Source: an uncultured Candidatus Rokubacteria bacterium (GTDB taxonomy: Bacteria; Methylomirabilota; Methylomirabilia; Rokubacteriales; CSP1-6). From it: 64,000 nt of DNA. Within the stretch, counting starts at the first letter, position 1. Each line of letters starts with the position of its first letter. The stretch lies in assembly GCA_963762145.1 (NCBI GenBank), contig CAVXJS010000017.1, positions 32,001 through 96,000 on the forward strand, given 5' to 3'. The translations under genes and the position numbers were made by a program. The notes beneath the pieces were generated by a model. That model saw only the letters and a program-made list of their open reading frames with translations, was not told the origin of the DNA and made no database searches. Below, one piece after another: positions 59,376-64,000 of the stretch.

Positions 59376-59779
59376 AGGCCCGCCATCTGGCAGACGATCC
59401 GCCACTCGGCCTCCGAGACCGGCTGGACCGACAGGCGGGGGATCCTGGCCAGCGCCATGCCGGCGAGGCGCCGGTCCGCCTTGATCTGATCGAGGCCGAC
59501 CGGGGTGGGGAGCGCCTTCACCGCGGCGACGTCGACGGCGCGCCAGGCGGAGTCGGTCGAGTCCGGGTGCGCCTCCGCGATCACCCGGACGATGCCGACG
59601 ATCGCGCGCTCCTTGCCGGTGTGGTAGAAGAACGCCTGCTCGCCCTTCTTCATGGCGCGCAGGTGCTTCTGGGCCGAGTGGTTGCGGATGCCCGTCCATT
59701 CCGCGCCGTCGCGCCCCTTCGCGACCTGCGCGGCCCACGACCAGTCGTCCGGCTCGGATTTCAGGAGCCAATGAGCCAT
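59372..59779 (-). CDS. EVE domain protein
   Basis: WLLKSEP, WTGIRNH.A, MKKGEQAFFYHTG, RLSVQPV. Confidence 0.93.
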   Translation of the reverse strand: MAHWLLKSEPDDWSWAAQVAKGRDGAEWTGIRNHSAQKHLRAMKKGEQAFFYHTGKERAIVGIVRVIAEAHPDSTDSAWRAVDVAAVKALPTPVGLDQIKADRRLAGMALARIPRLSVQPVSEAEWRIVCQMAGL

Positions 59780-59897
59780 GGCACTCCATCCTCTTTACTA
59801 CACCTGCACGAAGTCCGGCAACGGCCCCGTTGCGGGCGCCGATCCCGCAACTTGACAGGACTCGATCGGCGCGGACACTCCAGAGCAGGAGGGCGCG

Positions 59898-60344
59898 ATG
59901 ACGACGAGATCAGGGCCGTTCTGGGATGGGGTCGAAGGGCGAGCGCCGATACCGCGTGCCGCAGCCACGCTGGGGCTCGAGTTCATCGGCGCGGACCCGG
60001 AGAAGGGCACGATCGAGCTCGCGTTCGCGGCGAAGGAGGACTTCACCAATCCGGCGGGCAACGTGCTCGGGGCGTTCGTCGCGGCGATGCTCTACGACAC
60101 GGTGGGACCGGCCCTGCTCGCGACCCTCGAGCCCGACCAGTTCCAGTCGACGGTGGAGATGAACGTGAGCTTCTTGCGGCCGGTTCGCCCCGGACGGGTG
60201 ATCGGCAAGGGACGCGTCGTTCACCGGGATGGCGACATGGCGTTTCTCGAGGCCTCGCTGCTCGACGGTCACGGGACCCTCATCGCCACCGCCACCGCGA
60301 CCGCTCGGGTCATCGACCTCGCCCGGGCCCGGTCCGCGCCCTAG
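59898..60344 (+). CDS. PaaI family thioesterase
   Basis: NPAGNVLGAFVAAMLYD, TVEMNVSFLRP. Confidence 0.88.
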   Translation: MTTRSGPFWDGVEGRAPIPRAAATLGLEFIGADPEKGTIELAFAAKEDFTNPAGNVLGAFVAAMLYDTVGPALLATLEPDQFQSTVEMNVSFLRPVRPGRVIGKGRVVHRDGDMAFLEASLLDGHGTLIATATATARVIDLARARSAP

Positions 60345-60353
60345 GAGCGGGAG

Positions 60354-60758
60354 ATGACCCGGATGAGTGATGACGAGCGCCAGATCCGGCAGGTCGTGGC
60401 GACCTGGATGGCGGCCACGAGGACGGGAGACCTCGACGCCGTCCTGAGCCTGATGGCGGAGGACGTGGTGTTCCTGCGGGCCGGGCACCCGCCGATGATC
60501 GGCAAGGCCGCCTACGCGGCCGCGGCCGCGCAGGCAGGCTCGGTGCGGTTCGACGGGACGAGCGACATCCAGGAGATCCAGGTGGTCGGCGACTGGGCCT
60601 TCATGTGGACGAAGCTGACCGTCGCGGTCACGCCGCCGGCCGGCGCCCCGATGACGCTGGCCGGGCCCGTCCTGTCCGTGCTCCGGCGCGAGGAAGGCCG
60701 GTGGGTCCTGGCGCGCGACGCGAACATGCTGACGCCCACGCCCGCCGTCAGCGCGTGA
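60354..60758 (+). CDS. SgcJ/EcaC (DUF4440) NTF2-like protein
   Basis: DERQIRQVVATW, GDWAF, WVLARDANML. Confidence 0.88.
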   Translation: MTRMSDDERQIRQVVATWMAATRTGDLDAVLSLMAEDVVFLRAGHPPMIGKAAYAAAAAQAGSVRFDGTSDIQEIQVVGDWAFMWTKLTVAVTPPAGAPMTLAGPVLSVLRREEGRWVLARDANMLTPTPAVSA

Positions 60759-60830
60759 TGCGGATCGTCGTCGGTATATGATGGCCGACACCGCGACTGC
60801 GAGATCGTATCTGCCGGACGGGAGGAAGCC

Positions 60831-61884
60831 ATGAAGGGTGTCGTGTTCCTCGGAGACCGCAAGCTGGAGCTCAGGGAGTTCGCCGACCCGACCCCGGGGG
60901 CCCGGGACGTCATCCTCGAGATCAAGGCCTCGGGCATGTGCGGCAGCGACCTGCACAACTATCGCGCCCCGGCCCAGCCGGCCGGCGCGGTGACCGGGGG
61001 CATCAAGCGGCAGGCCGGGGTGATCGCCGGCCACGAGCCCTGCGGCGTGGTGGCGGCGCTGGGCGCCGGCGTGACCGAGAAGGAGGCGCGGGTCGGCCAG
61101 CGCGTGATGGACCATCACTACGACGGCTGCGGCACCTGCAAGCACTGCCGGGCAGGCTGGACGCAGATGTGTCTCGAGGGAACGGTGGTGTATGGCTCGG
61201 GCGGGAACGGCGGGCACGCCCGGTACATGAAGGTGCCGGTGTCCACGCTGGTGCCCCTGCCGGACTCGCTCTCCTTCGTGACCGGCGCGGCGATCTCCTG
61301 CGGCACCGGCACCGCCTGGGGCGCGCTCCGGCGGGTGAACCTGCAGGGCGGGGAGACGATCGCCATCTTCGGCCAGGGCCCGGTGGGCCTCTCGGCGACG
61401 CAGCTCGCGGTGGTGATGGGCGCGCGCGTCCTCGCCATCGACGTCGCTCCGGAGCGGCGCCGGCTCGCGCGCGAGTTCGGAGCCCACGAGGTCATCGATC
61501 CCGGCGCCGGCGACGTGGTGGCGGCGATCCGCGACCTGACCCACGGGGAAGGCGCTCACAAGACGCTCGACGCCTCCTCGGCGCCGGAGGCGCGGGCCGC
61601 GGCGGTGCGCTCGGTGCGGTCGTGGGGGACCGCCTGCTTCGTCGGCGAGCGCGGCCAGGTGACGCTGGACGTGAGCCCCGGATCTCCTGCGCCGGCAGGT
61701 GACGCTCGTGGGCTCCTGGACGTTCTCGAAGCAGGGACAGGCCGAATGCGCCGAGTTCGTGGCGGACCGACGCGTGGAGGTGGAGAAGCTCTTCACGCAC
61801 CGCTGGAAGCTCGACCAGGCGGAGGAGGCCTACAAGCTCTTCGACACGCAGACGACGGGCAAGGCGGTCATCCTGCCGGCCTGA
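60831..61884 (+). CDS. Zinc-binding alcohol dehydrogenase (frameshift near 61680)
   Basis: GMCGSDLH, GHEPCG, CGTCKHC...C, GQGPVG; C-terminus LVGSWTF...GKAVILPA in another frame. Confidence 0.9.
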
Positions 61885-62962
61885 GCGAGGGGACCTTCTT
61901 CCAGGCGCGCACCACCGGCAGGACCTCCTTCGCGTAGAGGCGCAGCCCGGATTCGGCCAGGTCGAGCGGGGTGCCGCCGAAGCGGAACGAGGTGGCCAGC
62001 TCGAAGTCGCCCACGATGGTCCGCCGCTCCTCGAGCGTGCGCAGGATGCGGTCGGGCGTGCCCCACACCGCGGCCTGCATGAAGGCGGAGACGATCCCGT
62101 CCATCCCGATCTCCCGGGCCATCGCGATCTTCTGCGCGTAGGCGTCGTACCCCTTCACGGTGCTGAAGTGGGGGCCCAGCAGCTCGTAGTGATAGAAGTT
62201 GCTCTCCACGAACTTCCCCATGTACCGGCGGGCCGTCTCCTCCGCGCCGTCCATGGTGGGCGTGCACACGCAGAAGTCGGCCAGCAGGGGAGGCCCCGCC
62301 TCCTTGCCGTGCATCTCGCGCACCAGGTCGCGGTGCTTCTGGATGGCCGGCATGCGCATGGGCCAGGGCCGGTCGGCGAACATGACCATTCTCGCGTCGA
62401 GGCGGGCGGCCGAGACCACCGAGTCGTCCGACGAGGCCACCGCGTACACGCGGTCGTCGAAGGTCCGCGTCGGACGCGGGCGGATCTCGGTCCGCGGCTG
62501 CGGATAGAACGGCCCGTCGCCCTCCATGAACCCGGTGCGGAGGCCCCGCAGGATCATCGCCGCGGCCTCATCGAACCGGCCTCGCGACTCGTCCATGGTG
62601 CCGCGGAAGGCCTCGAACTCCCGCCGCGCGAGGCCGCGGCCCATGCCGAGGCGGAGACGGCCGCGGCTCAGGTGGTCGAGGACGGACGCCTGCTCGGCGA
62701 CGCGCAGCGGATCGTGCCAGGGCAGGATCACGGCGGCGGTGCCCAGGCCGACCTCCGGGCACTCCGCGGCCAGATAGGACATGAGCTGCAGGTTGTCCGG
62801 GCAGAACGAGTAGTCGTTCCCGTGGTGCTCAACCGACCACAGTACGTCGAAGCCGAGGCCGGCGGCCAGGCGCGCGAGGCGCAGCTCCTCGTCCCAGGCC
62901 TGCTCGTCCGATACGTCGCTCCACCCGTAGGTGGCGAAGATCATCTGCAGGCCGACGTCCAT
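61868..62962 (-). CDS. LLM class flavin-dependent oxidoreductase
   Basis: VEHH, LGTAAVILPWHDPLRVAEQ, LGMGRG. Confidence 0.92.
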   Translation of the reverse strand: MDVGLQMIFATYGWSDVSDEQAWDEELRLARLAAGLGFDVLWSVEHHGNDYSFCPDNLQLMSYLAAECPEVGLGTAAVILPWHDPLRVAEQASVLDHLSRGRLRLGMGRGLARREFEAFRGTMDESRGRFDEAAAMILRGLRTGFMEGDGPFYPQPRTEIRPRPTRTFDDRVYAVASSDDSVVSAARLDARMVMFADRPWPMRMPAIQKHRDLVREMHGKEAGPPLLADFCVCTPTMDGAEETARRYMGKFVESNFYHYELLGPHFSTVKGYDAYAQKIAMAREIGMDGIVSAFMQAAVWGTPDRILRTLEERRTIVGDFELATSFRFGGTPLDLAESGLRLYAKEVLPVVRAWKKVPSLRPAG

Positions 62963-63027
62963 CGCGTCCTCCCGGGAGCCATGATTTCATAACAATTGGG
63001 CCTACGCTACGCTGGAGAGGAACGACG

Positions 63028-63303
63028 ATGAGATCTCCGCGTGGGTCGAGCAGGGGTGTTCTCGTGGCGGCGGGGCTTCTGGCGCTCTGCGGCTGTACGA
63101 CCACGTGGTCTCGACCCCACACGTCCATCGCGGAGTTCCAGCGCGACGACAGCGCGTGCCGGCACATGAGCACGCGCATCGTCGTGGTCTCGCCGGCGCT
63201 GACGCGTGACTACGTGGGCCCGACCCAGTACCGGCGCTGCATGGAGGACGAAGGCTACACGATCGGGGGCTCGTGGCCGGGATCGGCGGGGTGGATGGAC
63301 TGA
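63028..63303 (+). CDS. Small lipoprotein, hypothetical
   Basis: Lipobox LCGC, DDSAC...CMEDEGY Cys pair. Confidence 0.65.
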   Translation: MRSPRGSSRGVLVAAGLLALCGCTTTWSRPHTSIAEFQRDDSACRHMSTRIVVVSPALTRDYVGPTQYRRCMEDEGYTIGGSWPGSAGWMD

Positions 63304-63305
63304 CG

Positions 63306-63969
63306 CTACCGTCCGGCGAGGGCGCGGTTCTCCAGCCGGCTCAGGAGCCGGACGACGGGCCAGAGCATCGCGAAGTAAATGATCGCCGCCACCACGATCG
63401 GGGTCGGGTTGTAGGTGATGCTCTGCGCCTGGCGCGCCTGGTAGAGGAGCTCGGGTACCGCCACCACGCTGCCGAGCGAGGTGAGCTTCACCACCTCGAG
63501 CGTGTTGGAGAGCAGATCCGGCAACACGTTGCGCACCGCCTGGGGCAGCACGACGTAGGCCATGGCCTGCAGGCGCGAGAGGCCGGTGGAGCGCGCGGCC
63601 TCGACCTGGCCCGCCGGCACGGAATCGATGCCCGCTCTCAGAATCTCGCCGTAGTAGGCGCCGGTGTTGAGGAAGAAGGCGATGGCCACGCAGGCGAAGC
63701 CGCCCAGCTCGAGCCCCGCGAACGGCAGGCCCGCGAACAGGAGGACGAGGAGCACCAGAGGCGGGAAGGCGCGGAAGAAATCGACCCACGCCATCAGCGG
63801 CCAGCGCACGCACGGGATACTTCACGCTCGCGAGCAGCGCCAGGATCAGCCCGCCGAACAGGCCGAGCGGGACCACGAGCAGCGACAGCAGCACGGTGTT
63901 CCGGAGCCCCGCGAGCACGATCGGCCAGGACGCGACGATGATCTCCGGGTTGAAGAAGGTCTGGATCAT
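63306..63969 (-). CDS. Polar amino acid ABC transporter permease (frameshift near 63812)
   Basis: GLRNTVLLS..., FFRAFP, AYYGEILRAGIDSV..GQVEAARSTGL, KLTSL. Confidence 0.9.
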
Positions 63970-64000
63970 CGCTTCCACGCGAACTTCGTCTCGACCCAGC
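63966..64000 (-). CDS. 3' end of upstream gene (probably second ABC permease), partial
   Basis: Reads ...WVETKFAWKR* with TGA overlapping the next ATG. Confidence 0.45.
   Translation of the reverse strand, partial: WVETKFAWKR

Overview
This is a 64-kb GC-rich accessory chromosomal region. Its gene content (DZR-cyclase-AAA-TPR, ABC_sub_bind, Tat-exported family-5 SBP, many LLM/amidohydrolase/RidA/DUF4440 genes) resembles Rokubacteria/Methylomirabilota-type soil bacteria; that assignment is inference only. I saw no rRNA, tRNA, CRISPR array or transposase. Contents include a second-copy-type groES-groEL, a FixJ/StyR-type two-component cluster with a Crp/Fnr regulator and a hybrid kinase, an FHA-Ser/Thr kinase-TPR lipoprotein-PP2C operon, a heme-c/copper monooxygenase, a caspase-domain protein, NiCoT plus a Tat beta-carbonic anhydrase, catabolic genes, and a PNPOx-PNPOx-GAF adenylate cyclase module. 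The main finding is an unannotated 20-bp palindrome (consensus TATTGGACC-WA-GGTCCAATA) present 9 times. Eight copies lie 21-22 bp upstream of a -10-like hexamer and a gene start, which defines a probable activator regulon covering groESL, mlaC, a 49-aa zinc-finger microprotein-Crp operon and others. Many frameshifts, concentrated at 47.6-55.5 kb, look like long-read consensus errors.
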